Of a stretch of 64,000 nucleotides of DNA, positions 36,301-45,367 are shown piece after piece. Below the pieces are notes generated by a model. That model did not search any database, was not told the origin of the DNA, and saw nothing but the letters and a program-made list of their open reading frames with translations. Position 1 is the first letter of the stretch; each line of letters starts with the position of its first letter. The translations under genes and the position numbers were made by a program. The DNA is from Candidatus Latescibacterota bacterium (GTDB lineage: Bacteria > Latescibacterota > UBA2968 > GCA-2709665). The DNA lies in assembly GCA_963667175.2 (NCBI GenBank), contig CAXXXF010000016.1, positions 320,001-384,000 of the forward strand, in the 5' to 3' direction.

Positions 36301-38664
36301 GTGGCGACCTCACCGTATCCGGCATCCGGCGCGCTCATCCGCGACGAACTACCGGAAGCCGTTCTTTCTCACCTGAACAATCTCCTCGGTCCGAGAGAGG
36401 AACTCCTGCTCTCCGCCACGACAGATCTGAGGTTCGACGGTTCCTACGGCCCGGCATGGCTGGTGGCGACCGGTCAACGTCTGATAGGCATCAGCCCGTC
36501 CGAAAGCGGGCGCTACGAGACCCTCGGTATTCCCCTCGCCGAGGTTACCCGCGTGGAAGTCAGGGAGCTTTTCGGCAGCGGGGTGCTCAAAATACGAACC
36601 AAAAAAAGCGGCGCCTCTCTGGCCTTCTTCACGAAGACCCTCCTTTCCAAGTTTTCGCCGGTTCCCTCGCAGATCGAACGTCTTATCCGCCAAGCCAAAC
36701 CTGTTCCCGAGGACGCGCAGATTTCCGACTCGAGCGTGGACGGATTTGCCGGCCGCAAGAAGCGGTGTGAACGTTGCCAGCAGGTAATTCCGCACTGGAT
36801 GGGTGTCTGTCCGATGTGCCTGGATTCCCGCAGGTTGCTTTTCCGGCTGCTGGGATACGCGAAGCCTTATTGGCAGATGGCGGTCGGTAGCCTTCTCCTT
36901 CTCCTTACGGCGACGTTTATCGGCCTGACGCCGCCCCTGCTGATGCGCACCCTCATCGATGACGTCCTGGTCGCCGACACGGGCGGCTCGTTACCGGCAG
37001 CGTCCCTGATCCCCGCCGAACCGCGTTCTTCCGTTCCCAGAAGCCAGGCTCCGGCGCCGCCTTCGGGGATGGACAAACCCACCATGCTCGCCGTTCTGGT
37101 GCTGCTCCTTCTGCTGGTCAACGTATCCCGAAACGGGCTCAGCGCCGTACGAACCTACCTGCTGGCAAAACTCGGCCAGCGTATCACTTTCGATCTTCGC
37201 AAGGAGGTCTATCGACACCTCCACCATCTCTCGCTCAGTTTCTATAACGAGCGGGAGACAGGGCGCATCATGTCGAACGTCACCCAGGACGTCAGCCGAC
37301 TTCAGGACTTCATCTCAGACGGCCTCCAGGAGATCATCCGGGACATCGCCACGATCGTCATCATCTGCATCATCCTCTTCTCGCTCAATCCCGCTCTCGC
37401 TGCCTTCGTCCTGATGCCCACTCCCCTGCTGATCCTGTTTACGCGTTACTTCGGAAGAAGGCTGCATGACCTCTATCATGGGCTCTGGCGCCGCTGGGCG
37501 GATATCCACGCTTTGCTGGCGGATACAATTCCCGGGGTGCGCGTGGTCAAGGCCTTCGCCCAAGAAAAGCGAGAGGTGAGCAAGTTCGAGAACAGGAGCT
37601 GGGGCCTGCTCTCGGGTGAAATCAGAGTGGCGAGAGTTCGCAGCACGTTTACGCCCATCATGACGTTCCTCACCTCTCTGGGCACACTCATCATCTGGTG
37701 GATGGGCGGCAACAAAGTCCTTGGCGGCACCCTTTCGCTCGGCGAATTCGTCGCATTCACGGGATACATGTGGCAATTCTACGGGCCGGTGGAGAGCCTG
37801 TGTCGTCTCAATCACCGATTCCAGCGCGCGGCTACGTCGGCCGAGCGTATTTTCGAGGTCCTCGACACACAGTCCGACGTCGCGGAGCGGCCGGGCGCCA
37901 ACGCCATGCCGCGCATCTCGGGTTCCGTGGAGTTCGCGGGGGTCACGTTTTCGTACGAGCCGGGCAAACCCATTCTCAAGGATCTGAATTTCAGAGTGGA
38001 ACCGGGGGAAATGATCGGACTCGCCGGTCATAGCGGCGCAGGCAAGAGCACCCTCATCAACCTGATCTGCCGGTTTTACGATATCCAGGAAGGGGACATC
38101 CTGGTCGACGACCGGGACATCCGGGACGTCTCACTCAAGTCCCTGAGGGCGCAGATCGGCGTGGTGCTGCAGGATCCGTTTCTCTTTAACGGATCCGTCG
38201 CGGAGAACATCGCCTATGGCAAACCCGGCGCAACGCTGGACGAGATCGTCGCGGCCGCGAAGGCGGCAAACGCGCACGATTTCATACTGGACTTTCCCGA
38301 AGGATACGACACGCCCGTGGGCGAACGTGGCCTGCGCGTCTCGGGCGGCGAACGCCAGCGACTTTCCATTGCGCGCGCGATCCTGCGGAATCCCCGCATT
38401 CTGATCCTCGACGAAGCGACCGCCAGCGTGGACACGGAAACCGAGGCTCAGATCCAGGACGCCATTGCGCGTCTGATCGAGGGTCGGACCACTTTTGCAA
38501 TTGCCCACCGTCTGTCGACACTCAAGAATGCCAACCGCCTGCTGATCCTCGACAAGGGCGAACTGGCCGAGATCGGCACGCACGACGAACTCATTCAACG
38601 GGATGGTATCTACGCCCGGCTGTGCCGCATGCAGACCGAAATGTCCAGATTACGCGCCTGGTAG
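36301..38664 (+). CDS. ABC exporter (fused permease + ATPase) with an N-terminal soluble domain and CxxC..CxxC ribbon
   Basis: GHSGAGKST, VSGGERQR, ILDEAT, IAHRLST; TMD of about 6 helices; CERC..CPMC before TM1. Confidence 0.92.
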   Translation: MATSPYPASGALIRDELPEAVLSHLNNLLGPREELLLSATTDLRFDGSYGPAWLVATGQRLIGISPSESGRYETLGIPLAEVTRVEVRELFGSGVLKIRTKKSGASLAFFTKTLLSKFSPVPSQIERLIRQAKPVPEDAQISDSSVDGFAGRKKRCERCQQVIPHWMGVCPMCLDSRRLLFRLLGYAKPYWQMAVGSLLLLLTATFIGLTPPLLMRTLIDDVLVADTGGSLPAASLIPAEPRSSVPRSQAPAPPSGMDKPTMLAVLVLLLLLVNVSRNGLSAVRTYLLAKLGQRITFDLRKEVYRHLHHLSLSFYNERETGRIMSNVTQDVSRLQDFISDGLQEIIRDIATIVIICIILFSLNPALAAFVLMPTPLLILFTRYFGRRLHDLYHGLWRRWADIHALLADTIPGVRVVKAFAQEKREVSKFENRSWGLLSGEIRVARVRSTFTPIMTFLTSLGTLIIWWMGGNKVLGGTLSLGEFVAFTGYMWQFYGPVESLCRLNHRFQRAATSAERIFEVLDTQSDVAERPGANAMPRISGSVEFAGVTFSYEPGKPILKDLNFRVEPGEMIGLAGHSGAGKSTLINLICRFYDIQEGDILVDDRDIRDVSLKSLRAQIGVVLQDPFLFNGSVAENIAYGKPGATLDEIVAAAKAANAHDFILDFPEGYDTPVGERGLRVSGGERQRLSIARAILRNPRILILDEATASVDTETEAQIQDAIARLIEGRTTFAIAHRLSTLKNANRLLILDKGELAEIGTHDELIQRDGIYARLCRMQTEMSRLRAW

Positions 38665-38705
38665 TCGCAAGTCGGCCGGTCGCTTCATGGAATCCTGATT
38701 CTGTT

Positions 38706-39212
38706 ATGCAGCAAGCGTATCATCTCGAGCAGGAACTGACGCTGCTGGACCCTGGCCGCATACGCCTGATTCGGGACGAACTCACCGACCTGATCCTGGA
38801 ATACCGCGGGGAGCGGCAGACGGTTACGGCGCATCGCGCCTTTCCGCTCACGGCGACCGGTCAATTCATCGTCCTCAAGAACGTCGACGGCGTTGAGATC
38901 GGTGCGATCCGCGACATTGCGACTCTGGATGAAGAAAGCCGCGACGTCCTGGAGACCGACCTCGAACGCACCTATTTCGCACCGGTCATTCTTCAGGTGA
39001 ACAGGCTCGAGGAAAACTTCCACGTCCCGAAATGGGACGTGGAAACCGACAGGGGGCACCGCGTGTTCGAGGTCCGCAGCCGCAGACGCGACATTCGCGT
39101 CATGTCAGAGGGCCGCATTCTGCTGAGAGACGCGGACGGCAACCGATACGAGATTCCGGATTACAGAAAACTGGATCCGGTCAGCCGTGCGTTTGTGGAG
39201 ACGCTGATCTGA
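38706..39212 (+). CDS. DUF1854 domain protein
   Basis: RAFPLT..FIVL..G.EIG.I, LERTYF.P.I, WDVETDRG...F, D.DGNRYEIPD...LD..SR. Confidence 0.82.
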   Translation: MQQAYHLEQELTLLDPGRIRLIRDELTDLILEYRGERQTVTAHRAFPLTATGQFIVLKNVDGVEIGAIRDIATLDEESRDVLETDLERTYFAPVILQVNRLEENFHVPKWDVETDRGHRVFEVRSRRRDIRVMSEGRILLRDADGNRYEIPDYRKLDPVSRAFVETLI

Positions 39213-39377
39213 GATCCGGGGGCACACCCGATCGACGGAAACAGATGCGCCCGGACCGGGCGGGGCTTCCGCCGGGGTCAGCCGGAACGGCTGTTGCAGG
39301 TTGTCAACCACCGCCTTCCATCGTATATTGTGTACACACGCCCCCAATCGCCACGCAGAACCACAGGAGACGTTCCG

Positions 39378-41228
39378 ATGAACACCACCGGACACACCAC
39401 AACGCCCGCCTCCCTCGACGGCGAAATGATCCCTCAGCCTCCCGGCGAGGAGATCAACGTCGGCAGCCTCGTCCACCATCGGCTCTGCCGGGCGGATGAA
39501 TTCAGCGAGGGCGAAGGCAAACCGTTTACCGTCAGCGGGTCCCATATTGCCGTCTTCCTGTACAACGGCGAGTTCCAGGCCGTCGACAACCGCTGTCCGC
39601 ACATGGGCTATCCCATGTCGAAAGGGAGCGTCCGGGACGGGGTGCTGATCTGCCACTGGCATCACTGGGAGTTCGACCTGAAAACAGGAGGTTGTTTCGA
39701 AACGTCCGGTTCCGGAAACGATCTGAAGAGTTTTCCTGTCGAAGTTAGAGACGACGGTTATCTCTATATCGGTATGGCCGCGGACGAACGGCAGGCGGCA
39801 CGCAGGCGAATGATCGACCGGGGGCGGTATATCCTGGAACAGGGGCTGAAAGATCGAAGTTCGCTCATCATCGCCAAGGGGGTGACCGCCCTGCGCCACG
39901 CCGGCGCGTCGCCGCAGGAAATCATCCAGCAGGGCCTGTTTTACGGATCCTACAAGACCACCGAAGGTTTCTCCTCGGGCCTGGCCATCCTGACGCTCTG
40001 CGCCAACCTCTGGGACGACGTCGCGGACCGCGACCACAACCTGTTCCTCGTCCACGGCCTCGTACAGATCTCCCGGCGGACGACCGGCGGCTCCCGGAGA
40101 CAGGGCTTTCCCTTTCCGAAGGCGACAGACGAGCCCGACCTGGCAACCCACAAACGCTGGTTCCGGCGCCTGGTGGAACAGCGCAACAACAACGCGGCCC
40201 AGCGGATTCTGATCACGCTGAACGACCGCGGTTTTCCGAAGTCGGCCATTGCCGACACGGTCTTCACGGCCGCAACCGACTTCTATTTCACGGGCGATGG
40301 ACATGCGCTGGACTTCGCCAACAAACTATTCGAAGCTCTGGACTACGTCGACTGGGAAGGCGCCAGCGAAATCCTGCGCCCCATTGTCGTCGACCTCATC
40401 ACCCGCACGCGTCACGAGGAAACGGCCCGGTGGCAGGACAGCGTGCCGATCCTCGAGGATGTGTTCACCCGTCTGGACGACATCTGGAATGAAAACCAGC
40501 AGAACGAAGCTCCGCTGGACACGTCGGCCTTCGCCCGGGTGCTTCTGGGCGAAAAGGTCACGCCGATCGTTTCGGAAATCGAATCCCTCCTTCGGCGAGG
40601 CGTCGATCCCAGGGAAATCTGCCGATCCATGGTCTACGCCAGCGCCATCCGTACCACGCGCTTCCATCTGAAAAACGAAGGCGATTGGCACGACGTGGCC
40701 AACGTCTACTCCTATGCACACGCGCTCTATCAGGCATTCCAACGCGCGCCGTCCGGCAGCCTTCTGCGCGGCATCTTCCACGGCGCCGTATTTCTGACCT
40801 ATCTGCGCTGGCTCAATATGCCGGCGGCGCGGGTGCCGAAACAGGGCCAGCGTCTGAACGGCACATTCGAGTCCGACGCCGAGATGCTTGCACGCCTGCA
40901 GGAATTCGCCGATTTCCAGAAGGTCTACGAAGCGGAAATACTCGTGAATCAGTACTTCGAGGAAAAGCGCAACGTCGCCCTGCTCAAGCACGCCCTCGCC
41001 CACGTCATGTTACGGGAAGACGCCGAACTGCATATGTTTCAGGTTCTGGAAGTGGCCTTCCGCCACTTCGACGTCACCGACGATCCCGAAGAAAAACGAA
41101 TGCATCTGCTCGCGGCCACCAGGTACATCACCGCACAGAAGGTGATGAAAGCCATCCTCTGGTCGACCGAAAACGCGGAACGGCTGCAGCGCGGGGAACT
41201 GCTAAGCGAACGGGAAGACGACAATTAG
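39378..41228 (+). CDS. Rieske [2Fe-2S] ferredoxin domain fused to a large alpha-helical domain of unknown function
   Basis: DNRCPHMG..CHWHHWEFDL Rieske motif followed by about 480 aa of helical sequence; AGGAG RBS. Confidence 0.85.
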   Translation: MNTTGHTTTPASLDGEMIPQPPGEEINVGSLVHHRLCRADEFSEGEGKPFTVSGSHIAVFLYNGEFQAVDNRCPHMGYPMSKGSVRDGVLICHWHHWEFDLKTGGCFETSGSGNDLKSFPVEVRDDGYLYIGMAADERQAARRRMIDRGRYILEQGLKDRSSLIIAKGVTALRHAGASPQEIIQQGLFYGSYKTTEGFSSGLAILTLCANLWDDVADRDHNLFLVHGLVQISRRTTGGSRRQGFPFPKATDEPDLATHKRWFRRLVEQRNNNAAQRILITLNDRGFPKSAIADTVFTAATDFYFTGDGHALDFANKLFEALDYVDWEGASEILRPIVVDLITRTRHEETARWQDSVPILEDVFTRLDDIWNENQQNEAPLDTSAFARVLLGEKVTPIVSEIESLLRRGVDPREICRSMVYASAIRTTRFHLKNEGDWHDVANVYSYAHALYQAFQRAPSGSLLRGIFHGAVFLTYLRWLNMPAARVPKQGQRLNGTFESDAEMLARLQEFADFQKVYEAEILVNQYFEEKRNVALLKHALAHVMLREDAELHMFQVLEVAFRHFDVTDDPEEKRMHLLAATRYITAQKVMKAILWSTENAERLQRGELLSEREDDN

Positions 41229-41366
41229 ACCGGCGATGACCCGCGTCTACAGGACGTGACGTTGCGCAAGCGCATTATTGCAGATTGAACGGATGCTCGA
41301 TTCCGATCCCGCTCCGTTTGCACGCGTCCATCGCAACGTCATTGCATTCAAGGAATCCTCAAACTT

Positions 41367-44300
41367 GTGAAAATCTCGGAAGTTGCCATTCACAAGCCCA
41401 TCACGACGGTGATGGTGGCCATCAGTGTCGTGGTCCTCGGGGTCATCTCTCTCTTCCGGCTGCCCCTCGAGTACCTGCCGGACATCACGTTCCCCGTGAT
41501 GTACGTCAACGTCGACTACCCGTCTTCTTCACCCGAGGAAATCGAGACGGAAATTGTCCGGCCGCTGGAAGAGGTGATGGGGACCCTCTCCCACGTGAAG
41601 ACCCTTAGCTCGCGGTCGTACGCCAATCGGGGCTACGTGCGGCTGGAATTCGAACTCAATACCGACATGGACCTTATGGCGGTCCACGTAAGGGATCGTC
41701 TCGATCAGGTCAGAAACGACCTTCCCGACGACGTCGAGCGCATCACGATACGGCGGTGGAACACGGAAGACTTCCCCGTGCTGACCTACGCGCTTAGTTG
41801 GCAGGGACAGGATGCATCGGAATTGGCAAGTGTCTACGAATACACCATTCTTCCACGCTTGCAGCGTCTGGAAGGGGTTGGCAGCGTGGAGGTTCGGGGC
41901 CTGCGCGAGAAAGACCTGCTCATCGAGGTCGACCAGAACCTGTTGCACGCGCATCGTCTGGACATTCGCTCGCTCAACCGAGCGATCAGCGCCAACAACG
42001 TCAATATTTCCGCGGGTTACGTCAACGAAGCCGGGAAGCGCCTGACCACGCGAACGATCGGTGAATTCGAGAACGTCGACCAGATCCGCCGCCTCCCGTT
42101 GCGCGCCGGCGTTGACGTTGGCGACGTTGCGGACGTCACCTACGACTTTCCGGAAGAGAAGGACTTCGAACGCCTCGACGGAAGGGACGCGGTGACGGTT
42201 GACATCCGTAAGGCCTCCTCTGCCAACCTGGTGGCGACCGCGGACCGCGTGAAGGCGGAATTCGAGCGAATCCGGCAGGACGTCGGCGGTGACAAGCTCC
42301 GCATGCAGGCCATCCGGGACCGTTCGCTGGACGTCACCTCGGGGATCAGGAGTCTCACGCAGTCCGCCATCATGGGTGGTCTGCTGGCCATCTGCGTCAT
42401 CTTCGTCTTTCTGCGAAATTTCCGCAGCACCCTCATCATCGGTTCCGCGATCCCGATCTCGGCTGTCACCGTATTTGTGGTCATGTACGTGAGCCGCCAG
42501 GTCTTCGGCTCCAATATCACCCTTAATCTGATGTCGATGATGGGCCTCATGGTCGCGATCGGAATGCTCGTCGATCCCGCCGTCGTCGCACTGGAGAACA
42601 TCTTCAGAAAACGGTACGACCAGGGCCAGGATGCCCGCGCCGCTGCTCTCGACGGCAGCCGCGAAATCGGGATTCCCGTGCTCGCCGCGTCGCTGACGAC
42701 CATATGCGTCTTCGTGCCCATCATATTTGTGACCGACTCCCGCAGCGCGCTCTTTATGCGTGATTTCGCCCTTACAGTGTGCATTTCGGTCGGCGCGTCC
42801 TTCTGCGTGGCGCTTTCCCTTATCCCCCTCGCGGCATCCCGGGCCTTTAACGACAACCGGTCCCGTCTGGACCGCTGGCTGAAGATCGCGCTTATTCTGC
42901 TGGCGATGAGCTTTGCGGCCTATAAGGTCTACGGCGAAGGTCCCGCGGCAATCGCCGCGTGGATGTGGGATGGCGCAAACGGCATGATCGCCGGTCTCTC
43001 CGGTATACCAACCCTGGCATGGCTGCTGCTCGCGCTCGTGGCCGCGGGCGTCGCGGGCCTGATTTATACGGCCCGTGCGGCCGGCGGAATCAAGATCCTC
43101 TACTCCGGCCTCGTCGTCGCCACGCTGCGTTATCGATGGAGCACGGTTGTCACCGCCTGCGCGTTGTTGGGCGTGGGCGTCTATTTCTATACGCTGATCG
43201 AAAAGCAGCCCTATCGCTGGCAACCCACGCGAAGGGTTGACGTTTCGGTCGAATTGCCGCGAAGCTACGATATTCACGACGCGCTGGCTCTCTTCGAACG
43301 GATCGAGGGCCTTCTGTTGCCGTTGAAGGAGAATCTGGACATCGCGGCCATGAGCAGCCGGTACAGCGACCGGAGGAGCAATCGCATCACCCTTTACCTG
43401 GTGCCCGCCGACGAGGGGCGTCTCTCCACCGACGAAGTAACACGCAAGGTCAAAGCCATGCTGCCGAAAGACATCCCCGGGGTGCGTTTCAAGTCCGGCC
43501 GGACCTGGGGAAGCAGTTCCACGGGCGCCGGCGTTGAAATCAAGGGCCGGAACCCGGATGTGCTCGCCATGCTGGCAGAGGACGTCCGCCTCCGGCTGCA
43601 GGATATCCGCGGGGTCCACGAAGTCGAAACCAGTCTGGAATCCGGAAACGAGGAAATCCAGGTTTCCATCAACCGGCGCCGCGCCCGGCGGTACGGGCTC
43701 ACGCCGTGGCAGGTTGCCACCACCGTTGCCAGCGCGCTGGGAACCAGGGGAAACAGCAAGTTCAAGACTGAGAACGGGGAAATCGACATCGCCGTTCAAC
43801 TGAAAGAAGAGGACCGGGCCACCCTCGAGCAACTCAGGAACACGTACTTCGAGAGCGACACGGGAAACATGGTCTCGTTCGCCAGCCTCGCGGATTTCCG
43901 CGTCAGAAAGGGTCCTCAGGCGCTCGAACGCGAGAACCGGATGTCCACGCTGACCGTGTTCGCCAACACGGAACAGCAGGCCGTCTACTCAGTTGGCCGG
44001 GAAATGATGAGGCGGATGCGGATGATTCCGTTACCGGCCGGATACTCGTGGCAGATGGACCGCCGCTTCCGCTGGATGAACCAGGAACAGGGAGAAACCA
44101 ACTTTACCATGATCTTCGCGGCGCTTCTTGTCTACATGATCATGGCCGCCCTGTTCGAGTCCTACGCGCACCCGTTTACCATCATGTTTTCCATTTGCTT
44201 CGCCTTCATCGGCGTCTCGTTCGGTCTGTACGCCTTCAACATTCCCCTGGACAGCAACGCCACCTATGGTCTGCTCATCCTGTTCGGCATTGTTGTCAAC

Positions 44301-44633
44301 AACGGCATTGTCCTGGTAGACCACGTCAACCGCTATCGGAAACAGGGCCTCTACCGCCGCGACGCCATTATCCGGGGCGGGCAGGACCGACTGCGTCCCA
44401 TCCTGATGACGGCGACCACCACGATTCTGGGCCTGACTCCCCTGGTCCTGCCGATGATCTACGGTACCGCGGAAGGGACCGCCCGCCGCTGGGGCCCGAT
44501 CGGCTTTGTGGTGATCGCGGGACTGATGGTGTCGACCATCCTGACGCTGGTCCTCCTGCCAACCGTGTACTCCCTGATCGACGACCTGGCGGCTTACGTG
44601 AAGCGCACGGCCGCAACCGTGAGACGCGCGTGA
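41367..44633 (+). CDS. RND efflux transporter permease (AcrB/AcrD/AcrF family)
   Basis: SSPEEIE..I.RPLEE, GMLVD..VVALENI, GIVVNNGIVLVD, RLRPILMT; 1088 aa. Confidence 0.93.
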   Translation: MKISEVAIHKPITTVMVAISVVVLGVISLFRLPLEYLPDITFPVMYVNVDYPSSSPEEIETEIVRPLEEVMGTLSHVKTLSSRSYANRGYVRLEFELNTDMDLMAVHVRDRLDQVRNDLPDDVERITIRRWNTEDFPVLTYALSWQGQDASELASVYEYTILPRLQRLEGVGSVEVRGLREKDLLIEVDQNLLHAHRLDIRSLNRAISANNVNISAGYVNEAGKRLTTRTIGEFENVDQIRRLPLRAGVDVGDVADVTYDFPEEKDFERLDGRDAVTVDIRKASSANLVATADRVKAEFERIRQDVGGDKLRMQAIRDRSLDVTSGIRSLTQSAIMGGLLAICVIFVFLRNFRSTLIIGSAIPISAVTVFVVMYVSRQVFGSNITLNLMSMMGLMVAIGMLVDPAVVALENIFRKRYDQGQDARAAALDGSREIGIPVLAASLTTICVFVPIIFVTDSRSALFMRDFALTVCISVGASFCVALSLIPLAASRAFNDNRSRLDRWLKIALILLAMSFAAYKVYGEGPAAIAAWMWDGANGMIAGLSGIPTLAWLLLALVAAGVAGLIYTARAAGGIKILYSGLVVATLRYRWSTVVTACALLGVGVYFYTLIEKQPYRWQPTRRVDVSVELPRSYDIHDALALFERIEGLLLPLKENLDIAAMSSRYSDRRSNRITLYLVPADEGRLSTDEVTRKVKAMLPKDIPGVRFKSGRTWGSSSTGAGVEIKGRNPDVLAMLAEDVRLRLQDIRGVHEVETSLESGNEEIQVSINRRRARRYGLTPWQVATTVASALGTRGNSKFKTENGEIDIAVQLKEEDRATLEQLRNTYFESDTGNMVSFASLADFRVRKGPQALERENRMSTLTVFANTEQQAVYSVGREMMRRMRMIPLPAGYSWQMDRRFRWMNQEQGETNFTMIFAALLVYMIMAALFESYAHPFTIMFSICFAFIGVSFGLYAFNIPLDSNATYGLLILFGIVVNNGIVLVDHVNRYRKQGLYRRDAIIRGGQDRLRPILMTATTTILGLTPLVLPMIYGTAEGTARRWGPIGFVVIAGLMVSTILTLVLLPTVYSLIDDLAAYVKRTAATVRRA

Positions 44634-45304
44634 ACCGTCTTGCCGTTGTCCTGCTCAGCGGAGGGCTGGACAGTTGCGTTACCGCCGCTGTCGCCCGTCA
44701 GAACGACGACCTTGCCCTCCTCTTTCTCGACTACGGCCAACGCACAAGCGCACGTGAACGCCGTGCATTCCTGGACATCGCCGACCATTACGAAGTGCCC
44801 GCGAGCCGCCGCCTGACCGCACGGACCGACGCATTCCTGCGGATCGGCGGTTCCGCGCTGACGGATCCGAAGGTTCCCGTGCCCGACGCCAACTTCAACG
44901 GAAACGACGTCCCCCTCACGTATGTGCCCTTCAGGAATGCCCTTCTTCTCTGCATAGGCGTTTCCTGGGCCGAGTCCGTTGGCGCTGCCAGCGTCTACCT
45001 GGGCGCTGTCGAAGAAGACGGTTCCGGGTACCCCGACTGTACGCAGGCATTTTGCGACGCGTTCGCCCGGGCGGCGGATACCGGTACCCGCCCTGAGTCG
45101 CGCATCAGAATCCTCGCCCCTGTTATCCACCTCAACAAGCGCCAGATCATTCGGCTGGGTCTGGAGTTGGGCGCCCCGCTCCATCTCACCTGGTCGTGCT
45201 ACAGAAACAGCGACCGCGCCTGCGGTCGCTGCGATAGCTGCATCCTCCGTCGGAGGGCTTTCAAAGGCGCCGGTATCCCCGACCCCATCCTCGCTGAATC
45301 CTGA
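44630..45304 (+). CDS. queC: 7-cyano-7-deazaguanine synthase
   Basis: AVVLLSGGLDS, DYGQR, TYVPFRN, GYPDC, TWSCY, CGRCDSC..R; GTG overlaps the RND stop (GTGA). Confidence 0.95.
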   Translation: MNRLAVVLLSGGLDSCVTAAVARQNDDLALLFLDYGQRTSARERRAFLDIADHYEVPASRRLTARTDAFLRIGGSALTDPKVPVPDANFNGNDVPLTYVPFRNALLLCIGVSWAESVGAASVYLGAVEEDGSGYPDCTQAFCDAFARAADTGTRPESRIRILAPVIHLNKRQIIRLGLELGAPLHLTWSCYRNSDRACGRCDSCILRRRAFKGAGIPDPILAES

Positions 45305-45367
45305 AATTTTCCGGCGACGGGCGCTGTACCGCCTCGGACGGCGAACATCCGACATCATCAGGATCGG

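Noticed and set aside
41529-43832. 767-aa minus-strand ORF and similar long overlapping ORFs (16722-17996, 61355-62788, 755-1975)
   Set aside because: Shadow frames expected from high-GC codon bias; they have no motifs and fully overlap well-supported genes
44048-44629. Apparent long N-terminal extension of QueC in the ORF track
   Set aside because: It overlaps the RND gene in another frame; QueC homology starts at GTG 44630
44630-45304. QueC as part of a defence system (QatC, type IV CBASS or Dpd)
   Set aside because: It has canonical short QueC length and motifs, with no TatD, TGT-like, cyclase or dpd neighbours
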